20,000 bases of DNA from Candidatus Limnocylindrales bacterium. Its GTDB lineage: Bacteria > Moduliflexota > Moduliflexia > Moduliflexales > JAUQPW01. The notes below the pieces were generated by a model. The model was not told the origin of the DNA and did not search any database. It saw nothing but the letters and a program-made list of their open reading frames with translations. The DNA is taken from contig DATMBG010000003.1 of the NCBI GenBank assembly GCA_035559535.1, forward strand, positions 49,156 through 69,155. Direction: 5' to 3'. This document shows positions 8,499-18,102 of this stretch, piece by piece. Positions within the stretch are counted from its first letter, which is position 1; every line of letters starts with the position of its first letter. The position numbers and the translations under genes were made by a program.

Positions 8499-9701
8499 AT
8501 GGATGTACGCGTTAAATCGATTCTCTCCCTTGTTTTAGTTGGTCTTTTAGTTACGTCTGTTTCTTTGGCCGAAGAAAAGGAAAAACCGGCTCCCCCCCCC
8601 CCTTACCCTGTTAAGGGACAGGTTATTCAAACGTTGAAAGCCTTCGACAATCCTGAAGGGGCTATTTTTAGTGCCGATGGAAAGTTTGTATTTATCTCTA
8701 ATGCGGCTGAGTTGGGGATGAAGGAAAAAGGATTTCATTGGACTGAAAAAGCCGGTTACATCAGTAAGCTGGAAGTTCAACCGGATGGAACCTTAAAGAT
8801 GGTGAAGGATAAACTGATCACAGGTCTCACGGCCCCCTTGGGAATGGCTGTCCTTCCCGTGGCTACCAAGAAATTCCCCAAAGGCACCATCTTTTTGTGT
8901 GCTGGAGCCGCTCCCATAGCCGAAGCAAACGGTACCGAAATTAAAGACGCAAAACGCATGGATCCCAAACTGGTTGCGTTTGATACTGAGGGAAAAGTCC
9001 TGGGCGAAATTAAAATGGGAATGAATTCTGCTTTTGCCAAGGCCAATGGAGGATCTCCGGCTACCCTTCCCAATGCAGCCGGTTTTGATAAAGATGGTAA
9101 CTTATATGTTGCAGATACCGGGATTGGCGGCGCCAGTTTTGATCCTCCTGTGAAAACCAATGGAGGGGTCTATATGATTCCCCATAGCGCCCTGGATGAT
9201 CTGGCAGATGGCAAAGAAGCTTCCGTTAGCTTTATCGCCATGCCCGAAGGTGGACCAGATGGTGTTGAAGTGGCTCCAGATGGGAGCATCCATACCAATA
9301 CCGTTGGTGTGGCTGCCGGTATGAAAGATCCAGCCCAGGGAGGTATGTACAAGCTCTCTGTGGAAGATTTCAAGAGTGGTAAGCTCCCGGCACCCTTCGT
9401 TACCGGTTTAGGAGCCCTGGATGGTCTGGATTTCGCCGGTAATGCCCGACTGGATACAGAGATCGTAAATACCAACTCGGTTATTGTAACCCTTCTGCCG
9501 GATGGAAAACCGATGATGTTGACCTATGATCAGCCAGATAAGAAATTAGCCGGACCGGCAGATATTGCGGTTCGTAAAATGGCCGATGGAGGCTACCTCC
9601 TGGTTATTCCCGAACTCTCTGCACTGGCGCCCAATACGAATCAAGATCCCGTTACCGTCGTAAAACTTCCGGCAGATTTTGATAAAGGCGGAAAGAAATA
9701 A
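8499..9701 (+). CDS. Secreted beta-propeller protein (SMP-30/gluconolactonase-like)
   Basis: Signal peptide ending VSLA|EE; blade motifs NPEG.IFS.DG..VFISN, APLGMAV, PNAAGFDKDGNLYVADTG, GPDGVEVAPDG, LDGLDF, GPADIAV. AGGAGGT spacing favours ATG 8499 over 8493. Confidence 0.8.
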   Translation: MDVRVKSILSLVLVGLLVTSVSLAEEKEKPAPPPPYPVKGQVIQTLKAFDNPEGAIFSADGKFVFISNAAELGMKEKGFHWTEKAGYISKLEVQPDGTLKMVKDKLITGLTAPLGMAVLPVATKKFPKGTIFLCAGAAPIAEANGTEIKDAKRMDPKLVAFDTEGKVLGEIKMGMNSAFAKANGGSPATLPNAAGFDKDGNLYVADTGIGGASFDPPVKTNGGVYMIPHSALDDLADGKEASVSFIAMPEGGPDGVEVAPDGSIHTNTVGVAAGMKDPAQGGMYKLSVEDFKSGKLPAPFVTGLGALDGLDFAGNARLDTEIVNTNSVIVTLLPDGKPMMLTYDQPDKKLAGPADIAVRKMADGGYLLVIPELSALAPNTNQDPVTVVKLPADFDKGGKK

Positions 9702-9710
9702 GAAAACTAA

Positions 9711-9749
9711 AAAAACTAAGGGTGATCAGCCAGATCGCCCTTAGTTTTT
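9711..9749. terminator. Bidirectional intrinsic terminator
   Basis: AAAAACTAAGGGTGATC-AGCCA-GATCGCCCTTAGTTTTT between convergent genes, with A and T tails. Confidence 0.8.
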
Positions 9750-9813
9750 AATCGGTTACCACAGGGATAATCCAACTATTCTTTAATACCTTTTCCAGTC
9801 AGATGTGAAGCTT

Positions 9814-10392
9814 TCAAGGTGAGGAATCCCCGGATTTATGATATATATTCATTGCTTTGTCTACTTCACCCAGTATCAGGAGTTTAACCGCTCCCACTGC
9901 TTTAGATAAGGCTTCTTTGAGCTGTTCCTGTTCTTGCGGATCAAAGGGACTTAGGACATAATCTGCTACTTCCCTAGAAGACCCAGGCCGACCGACTCCT
10001 ACTTTAACCCGCAAAAATTCATCGGTTCCCAAATGTTCTCGAATAGACCGGATTCCCTTATGGCCTCCATCTCCGCCCCTTCTTTTGATCCGAATTCTGC
10101 CGAGTTCCAGATCTATATCATCATGGACCACAATCAAATCAGAGGGAGTTAAATTAAATGCAGCAACCAGCTCCTTAACGGCCTGTCCACTGAGATTCAT
10201 ATAGGTGAGTGGTTCTACCAGCAGAACCGGTATATGGTTAAAAGTTCCCCGGCCAAAACGGGATTTAAACCCCTTTTCCGATAAAGGAATCTCGGACTCT
10301 TGTGCAAGTTGCCGAATAACCTGAAAACCTACATTATGTCGGGTAGCCTCATAAGTTCTACCGGGATTTCCCAGGCCTATTACCGCTTTCAA
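9814..10392 (-). CDS. pth: Peptidyl-tRNA hydrolase
   Basis: GLGNPG..Y..TRHNVGF, TYMNLSG, VHDDIDL, GGHKGIRSI, DYVLSPF; TTG start. Confidence 0.97.
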   Translation of the reverse strand: MKAVIGLGNPGRTYEATRHNVGFQVIRQLAQESEIPLSEKGFKSRFGRGTFNHIPVLLVEPLTYMNLSGQAVKELVAAFNLTPSDLIVVHDDIDLELGRIRIKRRGGDGGHKGIRSIREHLGTDEFLRVKVGVGRPGSSREVADYVLSPFDPQEQEQLKEALSKAVGAVKLLILGEVDKAMNIYHKSGDSSP

Positions 10393-10460
10393 TTAAGCAT
10401 TTGGAATTAGCCATGAAAAGGAACAATCCAGAGCTTGTTCGTTGTTCATGGCTTATGGAG

Positions 10461-11123
10461 TTAAGCTTTAGATTCCTCACCTTCTTCCTCAGCAGGAGCC
10501 TTACCTTTTCCGATAACCTCCGGCTCACCGGGTACCGCTTCAACTTTTTCAGCAATCTCTTCCGCCATCGGAGGTACGACGGTTACAATGGTTTTTTCCG
10601 GATCACTGACGATTTTAATCGTTTGAGGAACTTTAACATCCCGCACGGCTATAAAATCCCCAATGTTTAAGTTCGAAATGTCCACCTCAATATGCGATGG
10701 GATTACCGAAGGGAGACATTCAATAGTAAGTGTCCTCATGGCAATCTCCAGTACACCGCCACTTTCCGTGACTCCTTTCGCCTTTCCAACCAGTTCAATG
10801 GGAACTTCTACTTCAATGGGTTTATCCATAGAAATCTCAAAAAAGTCCACATGTAATACTGCCCGTGTAACCGGATCCCTTTGAACTTCTTTTACAATGG
10901 CCGTTTTTTTTGTAGCGGTATCTCCCTTCTGAATGGTTAAATCGATCAGAACATTTTCCTTTTCTAAAGTTTTAGCTAGACTTCTGGGACTGATACTGAT
11001 CGGTACAGATCCATCCGATCCTCCATAAACAATACCGGGTATACGTCCGGCTCTCCTGAGTTTTCGAGCGACTCCCTTTCCCCCGGGAGTTCTGAATTCA
11101 GTTATCAGTTCAACGGTTTCCAT
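10461..11123 (-). CDS. rplY: 50S ribosomal protein bL25 (long Ctc/TL5 form)
   Basis: GKGVARKLRRAGRIPGIVYG, VKEVQRDPV...HVDF, GKAKGV..GGVLE, acidic tail with EPEVIGKGK; conserved prs-rplY-pth order. Confidence 0.97.
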   Translation of the reverse strand: METVELITEFRTPGGKGVARKLRRAGRIPGIVYGGSDGSVPISISPRSLAKTLEKENVLIDLTIQKGDTATKKTAIVKEVQRDPVTRAVLHVDFFEISMDKPIEVEVPIELVGKAKGVTESGGVLEIAMRTLTIECLPSVIPSHIEVDISNLNIGDFIAVRDVKVPQTIKIVSDPEKTIVTVVPPMAEEIAEKVEAVPGEPEVIGKGKAPAEEEGEESKA

Positions 11124-11134
11124 AAAATATTCGT

Positions 11135-11218
11135 TGGGTATTCTTCGTCTGTTGTCTTTTGTGGATTGGTTTCTCTAAAGGTTATTACAAAGAGCAATCG
11201 ACGAAGAACAACACCCAA
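11135..11218 (-). promoter_or_regulatory. Long hairpin filling the prs-rplY spacer, candidate rplY leader
   Basis: mRNA UUGGGUG/UACCCAA, UUCUUCGUC/GACGAAGAA, UUG/CAA and UCUUUGU/ACAAAAGA can pair; no SD before the rplY AUG. Confidence 0.55.
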
Positions 11219-11222
11219 AGGA

Positions 11223-12158
11223 TTATTCAAACATTTCGCTGACCGAGGTTCGTTTAAAAATTCTATCGATGGCCTCGGCTAATAATCCGGCAATGGAAAG
11301 CACCCGGATTTTACTGCTATATTTTCCGTTCAAGGGAATGGTGTTAGTAACGACCACCTCCACCAGGTTGGAATTATCGATGGTTTCTATGGCAGGACCC
11401 GACAAAACCGGATGTGTGCAGGCTGCATAGACTTTAACGGCGCCCTGCTCTTGCAAGGCCTTCGCTGATTTTACTAGAGTTCCTGCGGTGTCGATCATGT
11501 CATCGACAATGATAGCCGTTTTTCCTCTTACGTCTCCAATGACGTTCATAACGTGGGCGACATTGGGTTCGCTTCTTCTTTTATCAATGATGGCAAGTGA
11601 ACAATTCAACTTCTTGGCATAAACCCGAGCTCTTTCAGTTCCACCGGCATCTGGCGAGACAATGATGAGGTCAGGCAAATTCTTTTTTACAATATAGTCT
11701 AAAAGGACGGACGTTGCAAAGAGGTTATCGACCGGGATATCAAAAAACCCCTGGATCTGTCCGGCATGTAAGTCAATGGTAACAACTCGATCTGCTCCGG
11801 CTGTTGTGATCAGATTGGCAACCAATTTGGCGGAGATAGGGACCCTCGGCATTGACTTACGATCCTGCCTTCCATAGCCATAATAAGGAAGAACTGCCGT
11901 AATACTCTGAGCAGATGCCCGGGACAATGCATCCATCATGATGAGAAGCTCCATGAGGTTATCATTGCTGGGATGACAGATAGATTGGATGACAAAAACC
12001 TCTGAACCTCGGACATTCTCTTCAATGCGCACAAAGGTCTCCCCGTCGCTAAATTTTGTAACGGTTGCTTTTCCCAGAGGAACTCCTAAATATTTACTGA
12101 TTTCTTCAGCTAAAGCACGATTTGAGTTACCAGTAAAGAGTTTTAACTCTCCGGTCAT
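11223..12158 (-). CDS. prs: Ribose-phosphate pyrophosphokinase
   Basis: [57 protein letters not shown]. Start ATG 12158 ([13 protein letters not shown]). Confidence 0.98.
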   Translation of the reverse strand: MTGELKLFTGNSNRALAEEISKYLGVPLGKATVTKFSDGETFVRIEENVRGSEVFVIQSICHPSNDNLMELLIMMDALSRASAQSITAVLPYYGYGRQDRKSMPRVPISAKLVANLITTAGADRVVTIDLHAGQIQGFFDIPVDNLFATSVLLDYIVKKNLPDLIIVSPDAGGTERARVYAKKLNCSLAIIDKRRSEPNVAHVMNVIGDVRGKTAIIVDDMIDTAGTLVKSAKALQEQGAVKVYAACTHPVLSGPAIETIDNSNLVEVVVTNTIPLNGKYSSKIRVLSIAGLLAEAIDRIFKRTSVSEMFE

Positions 12159-12390
12159 TGTTTTTCTAGCCCCTGATACGTGGACTATGATAAATAGGAT
12201 AAAGAAGAAATGGCAAATGACCAATTTAGCCATTTGCCATTCACACTTCTACCACGGGCCACCGATCAGTTGCTATTTACTCTCAGATTAATTGACTGAC
12301 CTTTGTAGATCTATTCAAAACTTTAGGATATCAGTCAACAAAGATAGTAAAAAATTTTCCATCCCTTCCGGTTCCTGAGTCCAGTTTAGT

Positions 12391-12419
12391 TAAATACCAC
12401 ACTCCTCTAGAAAATTCAA
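12391..12419 (-). promoter_or_regulatory. Candidate sigma70 promoter for prs-rplY-pth
   Basis: Minus strand TTGAAT-17 nt-TATTTA with TG before the -10. A second candidate, TTGCAG-17-TATTTC, lies at ~12473-12501. Confidence 0.4.
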
Positions 12420-12704
12420 GAAATTTTTCTGGTTTTCTACCCGGATTCGAGGCAAGAGGTTTATCTGTATAAGAAATACAACTTTTTTCCCCCTTCTGCA
12501 AGTATTTTAAAACAGGTTCAGAGATCCCCTCTCATCACCTGACTTTGAGCATCTTAACTCTTTGCTTAACTTTTAAACCGCCCCTCCCCCCCAGCCCCCA
12601 TACGCCCCAGGATAAGAGTGAGACCCTGAGAGGGCCCCTTTCCTGACCTTCTCCCGCTTTACAGGGGAAAGCACTTTGAGGTGAAGTTCCCTCCCCTGTG
12701 AAAC

Positions 12705-12903
12705 CTAACCATTACCCACATTTTTTCATTTCAGGGGATTAATAACTGGTTTAACTGTCTTGCTGGTTGAGTAGCGAAATGCATTGAATCTCCTTCGTGA
12801 GGGAAAGATTCCTCTTTTTGCAAGGTGGGTCAACCGGGATGATTGACCTACTAACCGTTTTGAGCCCCATCCTCCCAAATCGAAAAATGTGGGTAAAGGT
12901 AAG
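12705..12903. mobile_element. 199-bp MITE / internally deleted IS with 21-bp terminal inverted repeats
   Basis: Left CTAACCATTACCCACATTTTT; right end reverse-complemented CTTACCTTTACCCACATTTTT (19/21). No transposase inside and no clear target duplication. Confidence 0.75.
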
Positions 12904-13090
12904 CCCACAGCGTGGGAGAGGGGCTAGGGGGAGGGAAGAGAGTTACACAGAATTAACTTTACAAGGTACCATTTTTCTTGGTGAGGTTGAAAGTTGACCT
13001 TTCCTATCAATTCCTGGCTGCCCCCAACGGATCGCACTTCAGCTCAGCTTTGAATAAATGGGAGATACAGAAGGCAGGGTTAAACAGCTA

Positions 13091-13582
13091 TCAGGGATCT
13101 TGTAGAAAAGAATTTGTATCGTTCAGCAGTTCTTGGAGACCATCTCCTGTTTCGGAACCGGTTCTTACCTGTCTAACAATTTTGGCGATCTTCCAGGCAC
13201 CACTTTCCTTCTTGAAGAGGATGGCAGTCCAATCTTTTCTCTCTGGACCGAGTTTTTGATAAATAGCCCGGGCCATATTCTTTTTCTTTGATACATCAAT
13301 TCTTATAAATTGAGATTTCTGGGGATCCAGGTCATCTGCCGACATCCCTTTCAGTAGTTCTGGTGTGATCTGTTTGGCCATTTGGGCATATTCAGATGTC
13401 ATAACCCGCAGCGTTGCAGATACATCTCCACGTCTCGCCGATTCCAGATATTTGAGATATATCGTCTCCAGTTGCTTTGCGAAGGGGTGCTGAGGGTTCG
13501 TCGTCTTCTCCGGAGTTTGAGCTAAAGCCATGGAGAAGGGAAGGGTACTGAAAAGGGTTATCAAAAAAATTTGCAGCTTCAT
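13091..13582 (-). CDS. Secreted hypothetical protein, possibly NTF2-like fold
   Basis: RBS AAGGAGG; signal peptide ending ALA|Q; YLESARRGD...LRVMT and C-terminal FKKESGAWKI resemble NTF2-like secreted proteins. Confidence 0.8.
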   Translation of the reverse strand: MKLQIFLITLFSTLPFSMALAQTPEKTTNPQHPFAKQLETIYLKYLESARRGDVSATLRVMTSEYAQMAKQITPELLKGMSADDLDPQKSQFIRIDVSKKKNMARAIYQKLGPERKDWTAILFKKESGAWKIAKIVRQVRTGSETGDGLQELLNDTNSFLQDP

Positions 13583-13708
13583 ATTTCCTCCTTGTTTAAC
13601 CCTCTCCCAGCTTCAACCCACCGGAATGGAATGAAGGGGAATTTCCAGGGACTGAAACCAGGTTAGGGGCGCTTCTTTACTTGAATAGGGAGATGAGTTT
13701 TCAAACAC

Positions 13709-14073
13709 TTACTGGGTTCCGGCTCCGGAGGAGAGGGCCCATCCAAAGCCATCCCCAAACTCAGTCAGGTCTTCCATGCCGTTATGACCCTGGAACCAGA
13801 GTTGGTCGTCGGGCCCTCCATCCAGACCCGCCATAAGTCCCCTCTGCCAGCCATGCAACACGACAACTGTACCGACTTGAGGACTTGGAGAGAGGTCTTC
13901 GGCGGTATCTCCAATGGCCAGATCATTGTAACCATCCCCGTTGAAATCCCCTGACACTCCGGCAAAGACGAAAGAATTCAAAACTACTATCCCTCCATCC
14001 CCCATAACATCTCTTTTACCATTCCTTTTACCATTGCAAAAAAGAATGAATAAATCCGATTAAAGAATTTCAT
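13709..14073 (-). pseudogene. Remnant of a secreted FG-GAP (integrin-alpha-like) repeat protein
   Basis: RBS AAAGGAG + ATG 14073 gives MKFFNRIYSFFFAMVKGMVKEMLWGMEG*. A different frame carries GDFNGDGYNDLAIG...GTVVVLHG and a closing GDGFGWAL. Only about one blade remains. Confidence 0.7.
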
Positions 14074-14104
14074 AATTTTCTCCTTTTCTTTATCAAGATT
14101 AATT

Positions 14105-14207
14105 AAAAGTTGAGTAGGTTTTAGATTTTCTAACCTTCAGTTTTACCTGTTAGATTTAGCAGGTTCCATACCAAACTTTTAATGTCTGCGAATAGTTTAT
14201 AAAAACA
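14105..14207 (-). repeat. Copy 1 of a duplicated 103-bp sigma54 promoter/leader cassette
   Basis: Gapless manual alignment with 19516-19618 gives 84/103 identical. Contains minus-strand TGGTAT-GGAAC-CTGC at 14159-14173. Confidence 0.85.
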
Positions 14208-14465
14208 TAGATTACGGGGACTATAAGGAGGGTCAAGCCCCTTACTTCCCTCAAAAAATAACCTGACTTGCCCCTATATCCTCTGTTTTTTCCGAATTTC
14301 CCCTATTTGAAAAAAGGAATAGGGAAGAGTTCCTCTCGGTGCTTCTTGAATTCCCTTATAAAGAGGGCAGACCCCATTGGGGAAGTTCTAAAAAATTGTT
14401 CCAGTGTTAAAACGAGTTTAGATAGCGAAACTTCAGGGCCGGTCATGGAAAAATCCCCGGTAAAA

Positions 14466-14480
14466 TGGCATCGGATATGC
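14466..14480 (+). promoter_or_regulatory. Sigma54-type promoter motif for the SBP-MCP operon
   Basis: TGGCAT-CGGAT-ATGC (GG-N10-GC), ~120 nt upstream of ATG 14601. Confidence 0.55.
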
Positions 14481-14600
14481 AAAATAACCTCCCAAAAGGC
14501 AAGAATTGAATAGGGTACTTAACTACGGCTTTAGAGGCTTTTGATAGCTTTAAACTCGAAAGAATATCGGTTCTTCAAGTTGTATCAAATTGGAATTGAG

Positions 14601-15839
14601 ATGAAACTCCTCCCTGACACCATAAAATACTTATTATATTTGCTACTTTTCCTTATTTATTGTGAAGGAGTGTATGCAGATGATATCGTTATTGGGGCCT
14701 CGGCCGCATTTCGGGGACCTTCAAGGGGGCTCGGCATTGAACTCTACAGAGGATCCATGGCCTATATCCAACATATCAATCAAGGAGGTGGGATAAATGG
14801 TCGAAAGATACTTATGAAGGCTTATAATGATGGTTATAATCCCATTCCTGCTATTGAAAACACCATCAAGCTGGTTGAGGAAGATCATGTTCTCCTCCTC
14901 TTTGATTATGTAGGAACTCCCACAGTGACCCGGGTCCTGCCATTACTCAAAAGATATCGGAATGAGTTTGTCTACCTTTTCTTTCCCTTTACAGGAGCTC
15001 AACCCCATAGACAGCCTCCCTATGATGAATTTGTCTTTAATCTTAGAGCATCTTATCACCAGGAGACCGAGGGGCTGGTGGATAATTTTGTAAAGGCAGG
15101 CAGAAAGAGGATTGCTATATTCTATCAAGTGGATGCCTATGGACGAAGTGGATGGGATGGGGTGAAAAAGGCTTTAGCAAAATTCGGTCTCAAGATTGCA
15201 GGCGAAGCTACTTATCGAAGAGGGGCCAAATACTCTGAGGATTTCAAACAGCAGGTTGAAATTCTTAGAAAGGTAAATCCGGATGCGATAATTTCGGTTG
15301 GAGCCTATGCTGCCTGCGCGGGATTTATTAGAGATGCCCGGGATGCCGGTTGGGATGTTCCCATTGCCAATGTTTCCTTTGTAGGAAGTGAGAATCTGCT
15401 TAATTTACTTCTTGAGACGGGTAAGGCAACCGGACGGGATTACACCGTTAACCTGATCAATTCCCAGGTTGTACCCTCCTATGAAGAGACCTCTTTACCT
15501 GCAGTTAAGGAATACAGAGAGTTAATGGATAGATATAACCCTATGCCTCCTAAGGACCTTATGGCGGAGGAATACAAACCCTTGAGGTATAGTTTTGTCA
15601 GTTTTGAAGGGTTTCTCAATGCAAAACTCCTTGTTGAAATTCTTAAAAGGATGGGCAGTAAACCTGAAAGGGCGCGCATCAAAGAGACCGTTGAAAGTAT
15701 AGAGAATCTGGATATAGGGATCAATACCCCGGTATCCTTCGGACCCCACAAGCATCAGGGGTTGGATTTAGTCTATTATACAACGGTCAGGAATGGCTTA
15801 TTCGTTCCTATTATAGATTGGCCCGGGAGGGAAAAATGA
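14601..15839 (+). CDS. Periplasmic solute-binding protein, type 1 (LivJ/branched-chain amino acid-like)
   Basis: Signal peptide ending VYA|DD; IVIGASAAFRGP...LG, INQGGGINGRKI, DGYNP, YVGTPT, FPFTGA, VFNLRASY..E, YQVDAYG. ATG 14601 preferred over TTG 14541. Confidence 0.9.
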   Translation: MKLLPDTIKYLLYLLLFLIYCEGVYADDIVIGASAAFRGPSRGLGIELYRGSMAYIQHINQGGGINGRKILMKAYNDGYNPIPAIENTIKLVEEDHVLLLFDYVGTPTVTRVLPLLKRYRNEFVYLFFPFTGAQPHRQPPYDEFVFNLRASYHQETEGLVDNFVKAGRKRIAIFYQVDAYGRSGWDGVKKALAKFGLKIAGEATYRRGAKYSEDFKQQVEILRKVNPDAIISVGAYAACAGFIRDARDAGWDVPIANVSFVGSENLLNLLLETGKATGRDYTVNLINSQVVPSYEETSLPAVKEYRELMDRYNPMPPKDLMAEEYKPLRYSFVSFEGFLNAKLLVEILKRMGSKPERARIKETVESIENLDIGINTPVSFGPHKHQGLDLVYYTTVRNGLFVPIIDWPGREK

Positions 15840-17941
15840 GAACATCCAGGTTATTTAAAAAGATCCTTGCCATTGTAGTCCTTCTCTTTGGTATTACCGC
15901 CATTACAACGGCTGTTTTCTCAGGCTGGAATCTCCAAAAACACCTTATGGAAGAATATAAAAGCAAGGGTACTGCCATAGCCAACAGCATTGCCAGTTCA
16001 AGTGTAGAAATACTTCTTAATCGAGACGCATCGACCCTTCAGGCCGTTATCGATCAGTTTATGGAAATTCAAGGGGTTTCCTATGTTTATATTGTTGATG
16101 AACAGGGAGAAATCATAACCCATACCTTTGTCCCCAGCATCCCGGAAGAGGTATTTACTGTTAAGGGTGAAAAAGACAAAACCACCATCAAAGATTTGCA
16201 TATTAAAGGGATGGGGGATTTTACCCATATCTCTTCTCCCATATTAGCCGGTGTGGCCGGTTATGTCCATGTAGGAATGGACAAGGGGATTATATTGGCT
16301 CAAATGAAGTCCACCATGGTGAGTCAATTATATTTGATTGCCATAATCTTTCTAATCAGCGCAATGGGGGCCTATTTACTTGCAAACAAAGTTTCCCGAC
16401 CCTTGAGTAAACTTTCGGCATACGCCAGGGAACTGGCCCCTATCGAAAGTACCCAACGGGGAGATGAGATTGCCATCCTGACTACCTCTATGAAGGCCTT
16501 AATGGATTATCTTCAAGAAATGGCGGCAATGGCAAATCGTATTTCCCAGGGTGATCTGAGCCTTCACATTGAACCCAAATCCAGGCAGGACATTCTAGGG
16601 CATGCCTTTGCCCAAATGACCCGATATATCAGAGAAATGGCAGAGGTTGCCAATAAACTGGCTGGTGGGGATCTTACCCCAGATGTACATCCTAGGTCGG
16701 AAAAAGATGTCTTGGGCATGGCTTTTAAAAACATGATTATCCAATTGAGAGCCCTGGTTTCTCAAATTCGGAGCCAGGCCAATCAAATCGCCCAAATCAG
16801 TATAGAGATCCTGACGCGATCGGATGAAGACTTGAAGACGGTAGAGAACGTTACATCTTCAGCCGAGGAGACTTCCTCCGCCATGTCTGAAATGGGAGCC
16901 AGTGTCGAAGAAGTGGCGGGGAATACCCAAACTCTCTTTAGGTCCACCGAGGAGATTTCCTCTTCCATTGAACAGATGTTTAACTCGATCCGGCAAGTTA
17001 CAGAAAGCTCAAGGAGGCTTTCAGAAATATCTGAAATGACCGCTGCGGCAATGAACCAAATGGTCTTTTCCATAGAGACGATAGCTAAAAACGCTGAAAA
17101 CTCCAGGCAATTCTATCATGAAACAACGGAAATTACGCTGCAGGGACAGACTTCTATGCAACAAGTAGTCAGGAGTATGGATAAGATCCGTGAAGCGGTC
17201 TCTTCGGCAACATATACGATCCAAAGCCTGGAAAATAAATCACAACAGATCGGCTCTATTTTGGATGTGATCGACAATATTGCGGACCAGACTGCGCTGC
17301 TTGCGTTAAATGCCTCAATTTTAGCCGCTCAGGCCGGTGAACATGGAAGGGGATTTGCTGTGGTTGCCGACGAAATTAAAGACTTGGCAAACCGGGTAGC
17401 TCTCTCGACCCAGGAGATTACCCAGATTATCGAAGCAGTGCAGAGGCAATCAGCCGATGCGGTTAAGGTGATCCAGGAGGGTAATAAGGAGGTCGATGAG
17501 GGAGTAAAACGGGTCAATTTGGCCGGTCAGGCTTTGGATCGGATTACCGTCAGCGCGCAGAATTCCTTATCGGCTGCTACTGAGATTGTACAGGCCATTC
17601 AGGAACAAAAAACATCGACGCAGAAAATTATGGAATCCGTAAAGAAGGTTACGGAGCGGATAACCGAAATTAATGAAGCAACCCAGGAGCAGGAGAAGGG
17701 ATCTTCACAGATTTTGCATGCGATAGGAGAAGTCAGAGGGTTAACCGAACAGGTTAAAAGGGCGACTATGGAGCAGAGTAAGGGGGCAAATCAGGTCAGT
17801 TTAGCCATGGAAGAGGTAAAAAGTTTAATCTCTCAAAGTAGTAGCAATGCCCGTCAGTCTACCCAGGCGGCTGCAGAGTTATCTGCTCAAGCCGAAACGC
17901 TCCGTAAACTGATGGATCGGTTTAAACTGACGGGAAATTAA
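15836..17941 (+). CDS. Methyl-accepting chemotaxis protein with a small periplasmic domain and tandem HAMP domains
   Basis: Two TM helices; HAMP segments (DEIAIL, DILGHAF, DVLGMAF); hairpin tip IADQTALLALNASILAAQAGEHGRGFAVVADEIKDLA; ATGA overlap with the SBP stop; RBS GGGAGG. Confidence 0.93.
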   Translation: MRTSRLFKKILAIVVLLFGITAITTAVFSGWNLQKHLMEEYKSKGTAIANSIASSSVEILLNRDASTLQAVIDQFMEIQGVSYVYIVDEQGEIITHTFVPSIPEEVFTVKGEKDKTTIKDLHIKGMGDFTHISSPILAGVAGYVHVGMDKGIILAQMKSTMVSQLYLIAIIFLISAMGAYLLANKVSRPLSKLSAYARELAPIESTQRGDEIAILTTSMKALMDYLQEMAAMANRISQGDLSLHIEPKSRQDILGHAFAQMTRYIREMAEVANKLAGGDLTPDVHPRSEKDVLGMAFKNMIIQLRALVSQIRSQANQIAQISIEILTRSDEDLKTVENVTSSAEETSSAMSEMGASVEEVAGNTQTLFRSTEEISSSIEQMFNSIRQVTESSRRLSEISEMTAAAMNQMVFSIETIAKNAENSRQFYHETTEITLQGQTSMQQVVRSMDKIREAVSSATYTIQSLENKSQQIGSILDVIDNIADQTALLALNASILAAQAGEHGRGFAVVADEIKDLANRVALSTQEITQIIEAVQRQSADAVKVIQEGNKEVDEGVKRVNLAGQALDRITVSAQNSLSAATEIVQAIQEQKTSTQKIMESVKKVTERITEINEATQEQEKGSSQILHAIGEVRGLTEQVKRATMEQSKGANQVSLAMEEVKSLISQSSSNARQSTQAAAELSAQAETLRKLMDRFKLTGN

Positions 17942-17996
17942 TATCCGGTTACCGTTATCCCTCACCAAGACTATGATCTGATCTTAGGGTATGCCT

Positions 17997-18041
17997 ATAA
18001 CCGGCTGCCGACTATGCCGGGTTTCGTTAGCAGCCGGTTAT
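17997..18041. terminator. Inverted repeat between convergent genes, possible terminator
   Basis: ATAACCGGCTGC...GCAGCCGGTTAT 12-bp stem with a 21-nt loop and no U-tract. Confidence 0.4.
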
Positions 18042-18102
18042 GGGATATGCCAGACCCTTACCGGGGATAATATTCTGCTGTTGCTTACTCTTCCAGCCTG
18101 CT

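Noticed and set aside
12159-12233. Hydrophobic N-terminal extension of Prs in the ORF track
   Set aside because: It derives from heptamer-repeat leader DNA; Prs similarity begins at ATG 12158.
12240-12560. tRNA-Gln or ykkC-type (PRPP/ppGpp) riboswitch upstream of prs
   Set aside because: No cloverleaf with a T-loop and CCA end, and no ykkC core motifs recognised.
13014-13035. TGGCTGCCCCCAACGGATCG resembling a tRNA 3'-end att remnant
   Set aside because: Short, lacks an intact TTCGA loop, has no partner copy and no integrase is nearby.
291-17517. Many antisense or alternate-frame ORFs inside recognised genes
   Set aside because: Shadow ORFs with no motifs or RBS support.
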